From assembly GCA_963665115.1 (NCBI GenBank), contig OY762007.1, forward strand, positions 160,001 through 224,000: a stretch of DNA of 64,000 bases, in the 5' to 3' direction. The number at the start of each line of letters is the position of its first letter. The first letter of the stretch is position 1. The translations under genes and the position numbers were made by a program. The stretch comes from an uncultured Rivularia sp. (lineage in GTDB: Bacteria > Cyanobacteriota > Cyanobacteriia > Cyanobacteriales > Nostocaceae). Under the pieces are notes generated by a model. That model searched no databases and had not been told where the DNA came from. It worked only from the letters and a program-made list of their open reading frames with translations. Below, one piece after another: positions 49,483 to 60,186 of the stretch.

Positions 49483-49732
49483 AATAAACCTACTAGTAAT
49501 TCTTGAGAAATATAGAAAAAGAGAACAGCCAAAATTTTGCTATTGATTTCTAATAAAGGCTTTTCATGTCACTAATGTTAAAACAGCAGATGCCAAAAAA
49601 ACTCTACTGTTGGTATGTTGTGGGGTAGCAATGGGCTTTGCGGCTACATCTATTTATATATACCGATAGGACAAAGTTCATAATACGTAACTTTCATGAG
49701 TTAATAAGAACTAATAACTATCAACCTTCCTC

Positions 49733-50599
49733 ATGATTACAGGTACGACAAAACTACTGGGAATAATCGGACATCCCGTAGAACATTCGCTATCCCCTTT
49801 AATGCAGAATGCTGCTTTAGCAAAGTTAGGATTAGATTATACTTATCTTCCTTTTCCTATCGAACCGCAAAATCTAGCAAAAGCCCTCGATGGATTTGCT
49901 GCAATTGGTGTTGTAGGATTTAACGCTACTATTCCCCACAAACAAGCAATAATACCTTTGCTTTGTGAAGTTGAACCAATCGCTCAAGCTGTAGGTGCAG
50001 TAAATACGGTAGTTCGTCAAGACGATAGATGGATAGGCACAAATACTGATGTCGAAGGGTTTATTGCGCCATTGCGATCGCAAGATAAAAATTGGAGTCA
50101 AATCAATGCAGTGGTTTTAGGTAATGGCGGTGCGGCGAGAGCGGTTGTAGCTGGTTGCTCTCAATTAGGTTGTGCTTCGGTTCATGTGGTGGGACGCAAT
50201 TTTCAAAAGTTAAAAGAATTCCGCGATAGTTGGCAAGATTCGCCAATTCAAGTCAATTTGCAGGTTCATCAATGGGATTCTTTACCAGAAGTAATCAAAC
50301 AAGCGAACTTGTTGATTAACACAACCCCCATCGGGATGTATCCTAATATTGAAAATTCACCGTTGGATGCAGATTTATTCGCGCATCTACCAAAAGGCGC
50401 AATTGCTTACGATTTAATATATACCCCTAGTCCTACAAAATTTTTACAATACGCACAACAAGCAGATAAAACTGCAATTGATGGTTTAGAAATGTTAGTT
50501 CAACAAGGTGCAGCAGCCTTAAAGATTTGGTTGCAAAGGGAAGCTGTTCCTGTTGATGTGATGCGTCAAGCTTTGCAACAACAACTTTATAAAAAGTAA
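49733..50599 (+). CDS. aroE: Shikimate dehydrogenase
   Basis: 'GHPVEHSLSP', 'NATIPHK', 'GAVNT', 'NTDVEG', 'GNGGAARA', 'NTTPIGM', 'DGLEMLV.QG'. Confidence 0.95.
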   Translation: MITGTTKLLGIIGHPVEHSLSPLMQNAALAKLGLDYTYLPFPIEPQNLAKALDGFAAIGVVGFNATIPHKQAIIPLLCEVEPIAQAVGAVNTVVRQDDRWIGTNTDVEGFIAPLRSQDKNWSQINAVVLGNGGAARAVVAGCSQLGCASVHVVGRNFQKLKEFRDSWQDSPIQVNLQVHQWDSLPEVIKQANLLINTTPIGMYPNIENSPLDADLFAHLPKGAIAYDLIYTPSPTKFLQYAQQADKTAIDGLEMLVQQGAAALKIWLQREAVPVDVMRQALQQQLYKK

Positions 50600-50756
50600 A
50601 GAGCCAGAAATAAATCTTTACTTTTAACTATTCCCTATTCTCGTTAACTGACATTTGATAAGTTAAAACTTCAATTTTGATCGGCAATCTTAAACCAAAA
50701 ACTTATTTACTTTTTACACATTTGTCGTATCATTGGTTATAGCAAATGATACATTC

Positions 50757-50772
50757 ATAGATTTTTATCTAT
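50757..50772 (+). promoter_or_regulatory. Putative NdhR/CcmR (LysR) site ATAG-N8-CTAT upstream of bicA
   Basis: ATAG-ATTTTTAT-CTAT, embedded in the longer palindrome CATAGAT..ATCTATG. Confidence 0.6.
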
Positions 50773-51157
50773 GCTAATCAATAAAAAGCATATAGATAAC
50801 TATCTAGGAGTGCAGTAGACTTATTAGCAATGCAATTTGGTGCATTCTTGTATAGTCTCAAAATAATAAAGTCAAAAAATCATCCTTTTGGTGGTAGTCT
50901 TTATTATCGAAGATAGTTTTTACTGTCCTATGGGGTTTTCTCTGAAAATTTTTGCTAATTGAATAACGATAATAAGGTAGTGCGTTGCTCTTCCCAGGGT
51001 TGTAGTGATTGTTGTTGCCACTAATATTTGCTATTACTGCTTTTCAAACTTTAATGTTTGAACAAGTAGGGAAAAGTTTTGCTTAAATTAGCCCTTCGGT
51101 TATAAATTTAAATAATAAAACAAGAACAATTACAACTGAAAATATGGTGTTTAGAAG

Positions 51158-52876
51158 ATGCAAATAACCAATCAAATCCATTTTAGAAACCTGCGTGGTG
51201 ACATCTTCGGTGGTGTAACTGCGGCAATTATTGCTTTACCGATGGCTTTAGCTTTCGGGGTTGCTTCCGGTGCTGGTCCTGCTGCTGGACTTTACGGTGC
51301 TGTATTAGTGGGGTTTTTTGCAGCATTATTCGGCGGTACTCCCACATTAATTTCCGAACCCACCGGACCGATGACGGTGGTGTTGACTTCGGTAGTTGCT
51401 CAGATGATAGCAGCACAAGATGGAAATAGAGAAGCCGGGTTAGCACTGGCTTTTACGGTAGTAGTAATGGCTGGGATAATTCAAATTATTCTTGGTGCAT
51501 TGAAGTTGGGAAGATACGTTACTTTAATGCCCTATACCGTGGTTTCCGGTTTCATGTCGGGAATTGGTATTATTCTGGTTATTATTCAAACCGCCCCGTT
51601 TTTAGGACAGCAAAGTCCTGGAGGTGGAGTACTTGGGGCAGTACAAAATTTCCCCAATTTAATCGCAAATATTCAACCGATTGAAGCCTTTTTAGGACTA
51701 TTAACAGTCCTTATTCTGGTATTTTCTCCTAAGAAGATAAATAAGATTGTCCCCCCGCAGTTGACAGCTTTAATAATAGGAACGTTAATTTCGGTATTCT
51801 TATTTAATAATGTTGCAAGTCTTGACAGAATTGGAGCATTTCAAGCAGGTATACCATCATTTAGAATGCCTGTATTTAGTGCGCCCTTATTCCGAGTCAT
51901 GCTCGTTGATGCTTTGGTTCTAGGTATGTTGGGTTGTATTGATGCCTTGCTGACATCAGTAGTTGCAGACAGTTTGACTCGCACCGAACATGATTCAAAT
52001 AAAGAATTAATTGGTCAAGGTATAGGTAATATCGTTTCTGGATTGTTTGGCGGTTTGGCTGGTGCTGGTGCGACGATGGGAACGGTGGTTAACATTCAGG
52101 CAGGCGCTCGCACTGCGGTTTCTGGCTTGAGTCGTGCTTTGATTTTGATGGTTGTGGTTTTATGGGCTGCACCTTTAATTTCTCCAATTCCTAAAGCAGT
52201 ATTAGCAGGCATTGCGCTGAAAGTAGGTATAGATATTATCGATTGGAGTTTTCTAAAACGCGCTCACAAGGTATCTCCCAAAGCTGCCTTGATTATGTAT
52301 GGCGTAATTATTCTGACGGTATTTGTTGACTTAATTGTTGCGGTTGGTGTTGGGGTATTTGTTGCTAACATCTTGACTATTGAACGTTTAAGTAATCTTC
52401 GTTCTGAAGATGTGAAGACAGTCACAGATGCTGATGATGCGATTATCTTAAATGATGTAGAAAGAGATTTATTAGATAGAGCAAACAATCGCGTGTTGCT
52501 GTTCCAATTAGAAGGACCGATGATCTTTGGTGTTGCTAAGGCGATCGCCCGCGAACAAACTGCGATGAAAGACCACGACGTATTGATTTTGGACTTGAGT
52601 GAAGTTCCACATATCGGCGTAACAAGTTCTTTAGCGATAGAAAATGCGATCAAAGACGCGATTGATAACGGTCGTTACGTATTTATTGTTGGTGCAGCAG
52701 GTAAGATTAAGCAGAGACTGCAAAAATTAGGAATCTTGAATATATTGCCTCCAAATCACATAGTTGACTCACGTGAGGAAGCATTAAAACAAGCACTAAA
52801 CTTAGTGAACTATCGTAGCAATGATGTTTCCCAATATCCAACCACTGGCTTCAATGAAACTGCATTAGGACAATAA
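51158..52876 (+). CDS. bicA: SulP-family Na+-dependent bicarbonate transporter BicA
   Basis: 'RGDIFGGVTAAIIALPMALAFG', 'ISEPTGPMTV', 'GAGATMGTVVNI' and a C-terminal STAS domain. Confidence 0.92.
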   Translation: MQITNQIHFRNLRGDIFGGVTAAIIALPMALAFGVASGAGPAAGLYGAVLVGFFAALFGGTPTLISEPTGPMTVVLTSVVAQMIAAQDGNREAGLALAFTVVVMAGIIQIILGALKLGRYVTLMPYTVVSGFMSGIGIILVIIQTAPFLGQQSPGGGVLGAVQNFPNLIANIQPIEAFLGLLTVLILVFSPKKINKIVPPQLTALIIGTLISVFLFNNVASLDRIGAFQAGIPSFRMPVFSAPLFRVMLVDALVLGMLGCIDALLTSVVADSLTRTEHDSNKELIGQGIGNIVSGLFGGLAGAGATMGTVVNIQAGARTAVSGLSRALILMVVVLWAAPLISPIPKAVLAGIALKVGIDIIDWSFLKRAHKVSPKAALIMYGVIILTVFVDLIVAVGVGVFVANILTIERLSNLRSEDVKTVTDADDAIILNDVERDLLDRANNRVLLFQLEGPMIFGVAKAIAREQTAMKDHDVLILDLSEVPHIGVTSSLAIENAIKDAIDNGRYVFIVGAAGKIKQRLQKLGILNILPPNHIVDSREEALKQALNLVNYRSNDVSQYPTTGFNETALGQ

Positions 52877-53212
52877 GTATTTCGGATGGAGGATGTAAGG
52901 ATTTTAGATTATAAAGCAAGCCTTCAGATGGAGACATTGGGGGCAGGAGATAACCTAAAATTCCCTGAGTCTTTCTTTTTTTTTAAACAGAAGACAAATC
53001 AAAATCACGAATCTGAAATTTAAAATCAAGTGATGAAAATTACAGAATTTTACAAGTTAAAGGAGTTATAGAAGTTACAGAATTGTCAAAATTCGCATAA
53101 CTTTAGATAACTCTTTCTAACTGCTAAAAGCTGCTGATAAATCCGATTAAATTCTGATAAACTCACTTTTATTAATCAACCCATTTGCTAGGAGAAAGAA
53201 TAAATACCTCTG

Positions 53213-54586
53213 ATGAATTATCCACTTGAATTCCTAGGGCTAAGCAATCATTTGCTGGCGACTACCGAAGCTGAAGAAGCACCCCTTGTCCTTGCAGGGG
53301 TATTACTGAGTTTAATTGTAATTTATCTTGCAAGTAAACTAGGTGGTGAGTTGTCCAGAAAGCTGGACTTTCCGCCAGTTTTGGGTGAATTAGTTGGTGG
53401 TGTAGTAGTCGGTGCTTCGGCTCTAAATCTCCTAGTTTTCCCCGAAAGCGGTGCGACTGCTTCCGACTCGTTACTGATGACTGTTTTACAGTTTTTTGAT
53501 GATATTAGTCCGGAAGCGGTAACATCAATTTTTGCAAGTCAAAGCGAAGCAATTTCAATTTTGGCAGAATTAGGTGTAATTGTTCTGCTGTTTGAAATTG
53601 GTTTGGAATCCGATTTACGAGAACTGCAAAAAGTCGGTTATCAAGCTGCTGTTGTTGCGGTGGTGGGAGTAGTTGTTCCCTTCGTGGCTGGTACTGCGGG
53701 TTTGATGTTTTTGTTTAACGTCTCTACAATTCCAGCTGTTTTCGCAGGTGCGGCTTTAACTGCAACTAGTATTGGTATCACCTCAAAAGTGTTATCGGAG
53801 TTGGGACATCTCAAATCAGCAGAAGGGCAAATTATTGTTGGCGCGGCGGTAATTGATGATGTCTTGGGTATTATCGTTTTAGCGGTAGTAGCAAGTTTGG
53901 CGAAAACTGGCGAAGTCGATATTTACAATGTAATTTATCTGATTATTAGTGCCAGCGCTTTTCTAATCGGTTCGATTTTACTGGGTAAATTCTTCAATAA
54001 AGCCTTTCATTTGAGTGCCGAATTTTTTCAAACTAGAGGAAACATCGTAATTCCGGCATTCATCTTTGCATTATTCATGTCTTTTGTGGCTAACGCAATT
54101 CATTTAGAAGCAATTTTAGGAGCTTTTGCTGCTGGTTTAGTTTTGGATGAAACTGATACGCGCAATGAATTAGACGAGCAAGTAATTCCCATTGCAGATA
54201 TCTTGGTACCTATTTTCTTTGTTAGCGTCGGAGCCAGAGTTGATTTAAGCGTACTTAATCCTGTAGTTCCCGAAAATCGTCAAGGTTTAGTTCTAGCAGT
54301 CTTTTTGATTGTAGTAGCGATTATCGGTAAAGTAATTACAGGTTGGGCAGTCTTTGGCAAGCCCGGAATTAATCGTTTCGCGATCGGTGTAGGAATGGTT
54401 CCACGGGGTGAAGTTGGACTGGTATTTGCAGGCATTGGTGCAGCTAGCGGCGCACTTGATAAGCCTTTGCAAGCAGCCATCATTATTATGGTGATTTTGA
54501 CAACCTTTTTAGCGCCGCCTTTCTTACGGATTGCTTTTAGTAATACAGCTCAAGATGTTATAGAGGAAGCAGATGCTGCTAGTTAA
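53213..54586 (+). CDS. nhaS3: CPA2 Na+/H+ antiporter (NhaS3/NapA-like)
   Basis: 'LFEIGLES', 'ATSIGIT', 'GAAVIDD', 'GMVPRGEV'; located next to bicA. Confidence 0.8.
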   Translation: MNYPLEFLGLSNHLLATTEAEEAPLVLAGVLLSLIVIYLASKLGGELSRKLDFPPVLGELVGGVVVGASALNLLVFPESGATASDSLLMTVLQFFDDISPEAVTSIFASQSEAISILAELGVIVLLFEIGLESDLRELQKVGYQAAVVAVVGVVVPFVAGTAGLMFLFNVSTIPAVFAGAALTATSIGITSKVLSELGHLKSAEGQIIVGAAVIDDVLGIIVLAVVASLAKTGEVDIYNVIYLIISASAFLIGSILLGKFFNKAFHLSAEFFQTRGNIVIPAFIFALFMSFVANAIHLEAILGAFAAGLVLDETDTRNELDEQVIPIADILVPIFFVSVGARVDLSVLNPVVPENRQGLVLAVFLIVVAIIGKVITGWAVFGKPGINRFAIGVGMVPRGEVGLVFAGIGAASGALDKPLQAAIIIMVILTTFLAPPFLRIAFSNTAQDVIEEADAAS

Positions 54587-54621
54587 AGATTCCATACATT
54601 TTTAATTTTGTGCAGATAATC

Positions 54622-54650
54622 AAGTCACCATTTATGGTGGCTTTTTTTAT
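54622..54650 (+). terminator. Rho-independent terminator
   Basis: AAGTCACCAT-TT-ATGGTGGCTT followed by a T-run. Confidence 0.75.
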
Positions 54651-54873
54651 AGGTAATAGGTAATGGGTAATAGGATTGCTTGCCTACACAATGTTCCTTA
54701 GTCTACGAGAGACACTATTTTTAATGCCAATTTTTTTTGTTAATTTTCTTGTTAAACTTATTGTTGTATAAGAATTCGGGATACCCTACAAAAAATACTC
54801 TTTATTTATATAAACTTTTCCCAATTACTAATTATTAATTACCTATTACCAATTACCTACAAACCATATACTT

Positions 54874-56968
54874 ATGGAACAAATGTTACAAGAGCTTTCA
54901 AAAAGTCCTATTGCCGCATTTACGATTCTTTTATTAGTAATTCTAGTAGTACCCCCAATCTTTGAACGTTTACGACTTCCGGGTTTGGTTGGATTATTAG
55001 CAGCAGGAGTAGTTTTAGGGCCCCGATGGTTTGGGAATCTTGAATGCAGAAACCGAAACGATGAAATTGCTGTCGGACATTGGTAAAATTTATTTGATGT
55101 TCGTTGCTGGTTTAGAAATAGATTTAGAAGACTTTCGTAAAAATAAAGATCGTTCTTTAGGCTTTGGAGTTGCAACTTTTCTAATCCCCCTAATTTTCGG
55201 TGCGATGGTGGGAAGATTTTTCGGTTTTGGCTGGAATGCTTCAATTTTAATTGGTTCTTTGCTCGCTTCTCATACTCTTCTGGGTTTTCCTATAGTTACC
55301 CGTTTGGGAGTCACTAGCAATCAAGCCGTTACCGTAACTATCGGGGCAACAATTTTTACCGATATTGCTGCATTATTGGTGTTAGCGATTTGTGTTTCAA
55401 TTAGTGCTGGAGAATTTTCTGCTGTTAGTTTAACCATCCAATTAACTACTTTAGCGATTTATTCGGCAATAGTTTTATTCGGTTTTGATTGGGCTGGAAA
55501 AGAATATTTTCGTCGCACTGGAGACGAGCAAAGCAATCAATTTTTGTTTGTTTTGTTAGCAGTATTTTTAGCTTCTGTAGGAGCGGAGATAATTAATGTA
55601 GATAAAATTGTCGGAGCATTTTTAGCAGGTTTAGCGGTAAACGATGCTGTGGGACATTCTCCGGTAGAAGAAAAAGTAGAATTCGTTGGAAGTACCTTAT
55701 TTATTCCTTTCTTCTTTGTGGGAATGGGGTTGTTGATAGATTTTGCTGGTTTTGTTTCCAGTCTTACTACTCAACTACCTTTAACAATAGCAATTGTTGG
55801 AGCCTTAATTATTAGTAAATTTTTAGCTGCATTTATAGCGAAATTACTTTATGGCTACAACTGGAATGAAGCTTTAACAATGTGGTCTTTATCATTACCT
55901 CAAGTCGCTGCAACTTTAGCCGCTGCACTAGTAGGAAAAACTGCTGGAATAATTACAGATGCCGTATTTAATACAGTAATCGTTTTGATGTTAGTTACGG
56001 CTATCTTAGGACCAATATTAACCGCAAAATTTGGAAGTAAATTAACAGTACCTAAAGCAAGTTTAGAAAAAAGCTCTCAAAAGCAAAAAGTAGAAACAGA
56101 AGATGTAGAAATTAGTTTAGATACTGATAACTTAGTTTACAATAGTCTTTTTAAGGTTGTAGTACCTGTTTATAATCCTCATACCGAAAGATATTTAATT
56201 GAAATGGGAGCATTATTAGCTCATCATGAAAAAGGGATAGTGGTGCCTTTATCGATTCCGAAAGCACACGTTCAGATGGATGAACCGCGATTAAAGGTTT
56301 CTATTAAAAGAAGTAAGAAATTACTACAGCAAGCTTTAAAAATTAGTCAAGAATTCCAAGCCCAAGCTAAGCCAGTAATTCGTATTGATGATGATATTTC
56401 ACGGGGAATTAGTCGCGCAGCTAGAGAACAAAATGCCGATTTAATTATCATGGGGTGGAGTCAAACCGGAAGATTAAAAGCGCGTTTGTTTGGTAATATT
56501 ATCGATAATGTTTTTTGGGCTGCTCATTGTCCGGTAGCTGTGATGCGATTGCTAGATGAACCAATAAACATTCATAGTATTCTCGTTCCCGTGGGAAACA
56601 TTACACCTGAAATATTGCGTGCAATCCAATTTGCTCAACTTTTCGCCGATACAAACGAAGCATCAGTGACATTATTACACATCCGTCCGCGCAAAACTTC
56701 TGACAACGCGATCGCCGTGTTTGAATCGGAACTTTCCTCATATTTAGCTCAAAGCAAATCTCGTAAAGAAGTAGTAATACAAACCATTCGTCACGATGAC
56801 GTAGCTAAAGTAATTATCAAAGAATCTAATTCTTACGACATGGTAATATTGCGCTCAGTTCACCGTCGTACAGCAGGGGGATTAGCAGTTAGCGACGTAA
56901 CTAATAAATTGCTTTCATCTATTAACAATTGTTCGATGGTTTTATTTGGGGAACCGCATTCAGGTTAG
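54874..56968 (+). CDS. CPA2 cation:proton antiporter with C-terminal USP-like domains; +1 frameshift at ~55022
   Basis: MEQMLQ...GVVLGP joins DGLGILNAETETMK after removing one C of GGGCCCC; 'MFVAGLE', 'ASHTL', 'PQVAATLAA'. Confidence 0.88.
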
Positions 56969-57096
56969 GAGTTAGGCAACGGATGGAGTTAGGAGTTAGG
57001 AGTTAGGAGTTAAGAGTTAAAAAATAAGTGTTTCAACTATAAGTTGAATGATTTTTTAGAGTATGTAAATGAGAAAGAAGTATATAGGACATAATA

Positions 57097-57336
57097 ATGA
57101 AAACTGAACGTGAAAGAAATGAAATTATTGATGCTATTAATGTACTTTTAAACCAAGCTTATGATAGTACGCTGGATGAGATTTACTTATTGCTTCAAAA
57201 AATAGAAGATGAAGAGGATAAAAACGATTTAATAGCCTATCATGCTGCGAAAGATGATGCAGAAAATAATATTACTATTGCATGGGAAGACATTAAAAAA
57301 GAAATTGCTAATGAGAGAAAAAAGGACGTAGCGTGA
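57097..57336 (+). CDS. Putative antitoxin (RelB-like position)
   Basis: Acidic 79-aa ORF ('EDEED..DL..Y..AK', 'WEDIKKE') overlapping the toxin start. Confidence 0.75.
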   Translation: MKTERERNEIIDAINVLLNQAYDSTLDEIYLLLQKIEDEEDKNDLIAYHAAKDDAENNITIAWEDIKKEIANERKKDVA

Positions 57337-57599
57337 CTTACGAAGTTAAGTTTACTAAGGGTGCTAAAAAAATGTTTAAAAAACTATCTCAAGAATTACA
57401 AGACCGAATACAACTCAAAATAGATGATTTAGCAACAGAACCACGTCCAAACAAAGTTAAAAAGTTACAAGGTGAAGAAAATACATATCGAATTAGAATA
57501 GGCGATTACCGCGTTATTTATGACATTTTCGATGATATTTTATTAGTAAAAATTATAGATGTAGGACATCGTAGCAAAGTTTATAAAGATGAAAGTTAA
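57333..57599 (+). CDS. relE: RelE/ParE-family toxin
   Basis: 'YEVKFTKGAKK..KKL', 'PRP...KKLQG', 'YRIRIGDYRVIYDI', 'VGHRSKVY'. Confidence 0.92.
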   Translation: MTYEVKFTKGAKKMFKKLSQELQDRIQLKIDDLATEPRPNKVKKLQGEENTYRIRIGDYRVIYDIFDDILLVKIIDVGHRSKVYKDES

Positions 57600-57817
57600 A
57601 TGATGAAAAAAATAAGCGCGATCGCCGCATTTGTGAGGTGGGGTGAAAAAGGCGATCGCGTTTTGGGTGAATTGATTAAAACTAGAGAGTTACTACTAAA
57701 GAATGATTGAATTTTTATTTCATAATCTTTACGGCTAATCAAGGTTCGTAGTTGCGCTGAAGCGCTCTCCGATTAATTATTTTAGGAGGGGCTAAAGCCC
57801 AACTACAAACCCCTCTA

Positions 57818-59308
57818 TCACCCCAATCTTTCAATCAAATGCTCACCTACCCGCAAAGCATTAGCAATCACAGTCAAAGCGGGGCTGGTTGCAGAGATGG
57901 AGGGGAAGAAACTACTATCAACGACGTAGAGATTATCTATATCGTGAGTTTGACAGTTGAGGTTGAGAACTGAAGTTCTGGTATCTTCGCCAAAGCGACA
58001 AGTTCCCGCTTGATGTGCCACTACTTCTATGGGTGTTTCAGCACGGGGATAAATTTTTTGGTTGTTTCCGTCTATGGATTTAAGTACGTCAATCCAACGA
58101 TAAACTAAACGGTCGTGTGCTTCAAGGTTATTAGCAGTGTAATCTAAATATAATTTGGCACCTTTAACACTAACCCGGTTTTTAGGTGATGGTAAATCTT
58201 CAGTTTGCAACCACCAACCGATAGAACGTTTTGCTAACTGTTTTAAACCAAATTCTGGCATTAATTTGGCTGCTACTGATAAAAGCGGTGGTGACTCGGA
58301 AAAAATCACATCTTGAAGAATACCACCAGAATTTTGAATATGCCCCATTGGGTAAGAAAAATTTTCATCACCCCAATAAAAATCATTAATATAGCGAGTT
58401 CTTTGAAATAATCCGGAGTTTGGGGTATTAGTAATTTGTACTAATACCGTCATCAACTGTTTCATTAAATTACGTCCCACCAAATCGGAACTATTAGCAA
58501 GTCCTTTGGGATGTTTTTCGTTAGCGGAACGTAAAAGTAATGCTGCTGAATTTATTGCACCGCAGGAAACTACAATAATATTAGCTGATAATAAAAAACA
58601 TTGTTCGCCAATTTTTACTTCTACAGCTTTAACTTCTTTCCCTGAAGCATTTGTCAGCAAACGTAAGACTTTTGCTCTTTTCTTCAGCTTGACATTCTCG
58701 TAAAGTTTGAGTGCAGGAGAAATTCCAGTATCTTCCGAATCAGTTCTTCCTATATTTCCAACTCCGATGGGGAGGTATGCTGGGTGCAATCCTTGTTTGG
58801 AGATATCAATACAAATACTTTCTATTTGAGGTTCGTTCTTCACTGCATGGTGTGGAAAAGCTTTGCTACGAGGTGGTTCTGTCAAGTCATCACTCGTTTT
58901 ACCGTGAACTTGATAGAGTTTTTCCGCTTCCGTATAGTAAGGTTCAAAATCCTTATATTTAACATCCCATTCCGGAGAAAAACCATCTTGATGCTGAACT
59001 TTTTCAAAATCCTTTTCTCGCATTCGTTGCAGTACACCACTATAAATTTTGGTATTACCACCTACCGAATAACTAGTTTGAGGATAAAAAGAATCGCCGT
59101 CTTCCTCATACCACTGTTCTGGTGCATGAAAGCTTTCCTTTTTAAACACTTCCACATCAACTAATTCCGAACTTTCTTTTTCTAAAAAATCTCCTTGTTC
59201 CAAAACAAGAATTTTCTTACCCGTAGGTGCTAATTTACGCGCTAAAGTCCCTCCACCAGCACCTGTACCGATAATAATTACATCGTAATGTTGGTCGTCA
59301 ATAATCAT
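57818..59308 (-). CDS. GMC-family oxidoreductase
   Basis: 'YDVIIIGTGAGG', 'VGGNTKIY', 'GAINSAALLLRS', 'HQAGTCRFG', 'NLYVVDSSFFP'. Confidence 0.92.
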   Translation of the reverse strand: MIIDDQHYDVIIIGTGAGGGTLARKLAPTGKKILVLEQGDFLEKESSELVDVEVFKKESFHAPEQWYEEDGDSFYPQTSYSVGGNTKIYSGVLQRMREKDFEKVQHQDGFSPEWDVKYKDFEPYYTEAEKLYQVHGKTSDDLTEPPRSKAFPHHAVKNEPQIESICIDISKQGLHPAYLPIGVGNIGRTDSEDTGISPALKLYENVKLKKRAKVLRLLTNASGKEVKAVEVKIGEQCFLLSANIIVVSCGAINSAALLLRSANEKHPKGLANSSDLVGRNLMKQLMTVLVQITNTPNSGLFQRTRYINDFYWGDENFSYPMGHIQNSGGILQDVIFSESPPLLSVAAKLMPEFGLKQLAKRSIGWWLQTEDLPSPKNRVSVKGAKLYLDYTANNLEAHDRLVYRWIDVLKSIDGNNQKIYPRAETPIEVVAHQAGTCRFGEDTRTSVLNLNCQTHDIDNLYVVDSSFFPSISATSPALTVIANALRVGEHLIERLG

Positions 59309-59399
59309 TTTTATTTGTTATTTGATAGTTGATAGTTGATAGTTAACTGGTAATTGGTAATTGGTAATTGGTAACTGTTCACTGTTCACTGTTCACTGA

Positions 59400-60044
59400 T
59401 TACTGCCACAGATAAAGAAGTACAAATAAAACAATCCAAATTACGTCAACGAAGTGCCAAAATAATGATGTTGCATCTACGCCATAATGACCGTTTTCGT
59501 AGTTTCCTGGAATGAAAGAACGGACTAACATATTAAGCTGCAATAAAACACCTGTTAAAACGTGCAATCCGTGGAAACCTGTTAATAAGTAAAACATTCC
59601 ACCGAATACACCAGATGTAAAGCTAAATTCAAGAGCGCTCCATTCAACTGCTTGTCCGTAGAGAAAGTAGCTTCCCATAGCCATTGTTAATAACCAAAAT
59701 AGGCGAAATAGCCAAATCCTATGGCTTTTTAATGCCTTTTCTGCAAAGTAAATAACGAAGCTACTAGAAACCAGAATTATTGTATTAATGAATGGCTCTC
59801 TAACTTCTAATCCTTCAACTCCCGGTGGTAGCCAATCAACGGTTGTTGTTTTGTAAACTATATAGCCTGCGAAAAAACTTAAGAAAATTACGCTTTCCGA
59901 TAACAGAAAAGTGATGAAGCCAAACATACTGTTGCCTTCTTCATCATGTTCGTGAGCAGCTACATTCCCATGATTAATTAACTCTAATTCATCGAATGTA
60001 TTCTCATGTTCTAACTGTATTGTTTTGCCGTCTGTAGTACTCAT
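59400..60044 (-). CDS. ctaE: Heme-copper oxidase subunit III
   Basis: 'FLLSESVIF', 'NTIILVSSS', 'TGFHGLHV', 'FWHFVDVIW'. Confidence 0.92.
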   Translation of the reverse strand: MSTTDGKTIQLEHENTFDELELINHGNVAAHEHDEEGNSMFGFITFLLSESVIFLSFFAGYIVYKTTTVDWLPPGVEGLEVREPFINTIILVSSSFVIYFAEKALKSHRIWLFRLFWLLTMAMGSYFLYGQAVEWSALEFSFTSGVFGGMFYLLTGFHGLHVLTGVLLQLNMLVRSFIPGNYENGHYGVDATSLFWHFVDVIWIVLFVLLYLWQ

Positions 60045-60186
60045 AATAATAAGGTTAGTTGTTAGTGGTTAGTTGTTAGTGGTTAGGAGTTAGGAGTTAG
60101 GAGTTAGGGGTTAGGAATTAGGAGTTAGGAATTAGGAATTATTTCTACCCCCTCTTCCCCCTCTTCCCTCTCTTCCCCCTCTCTAA

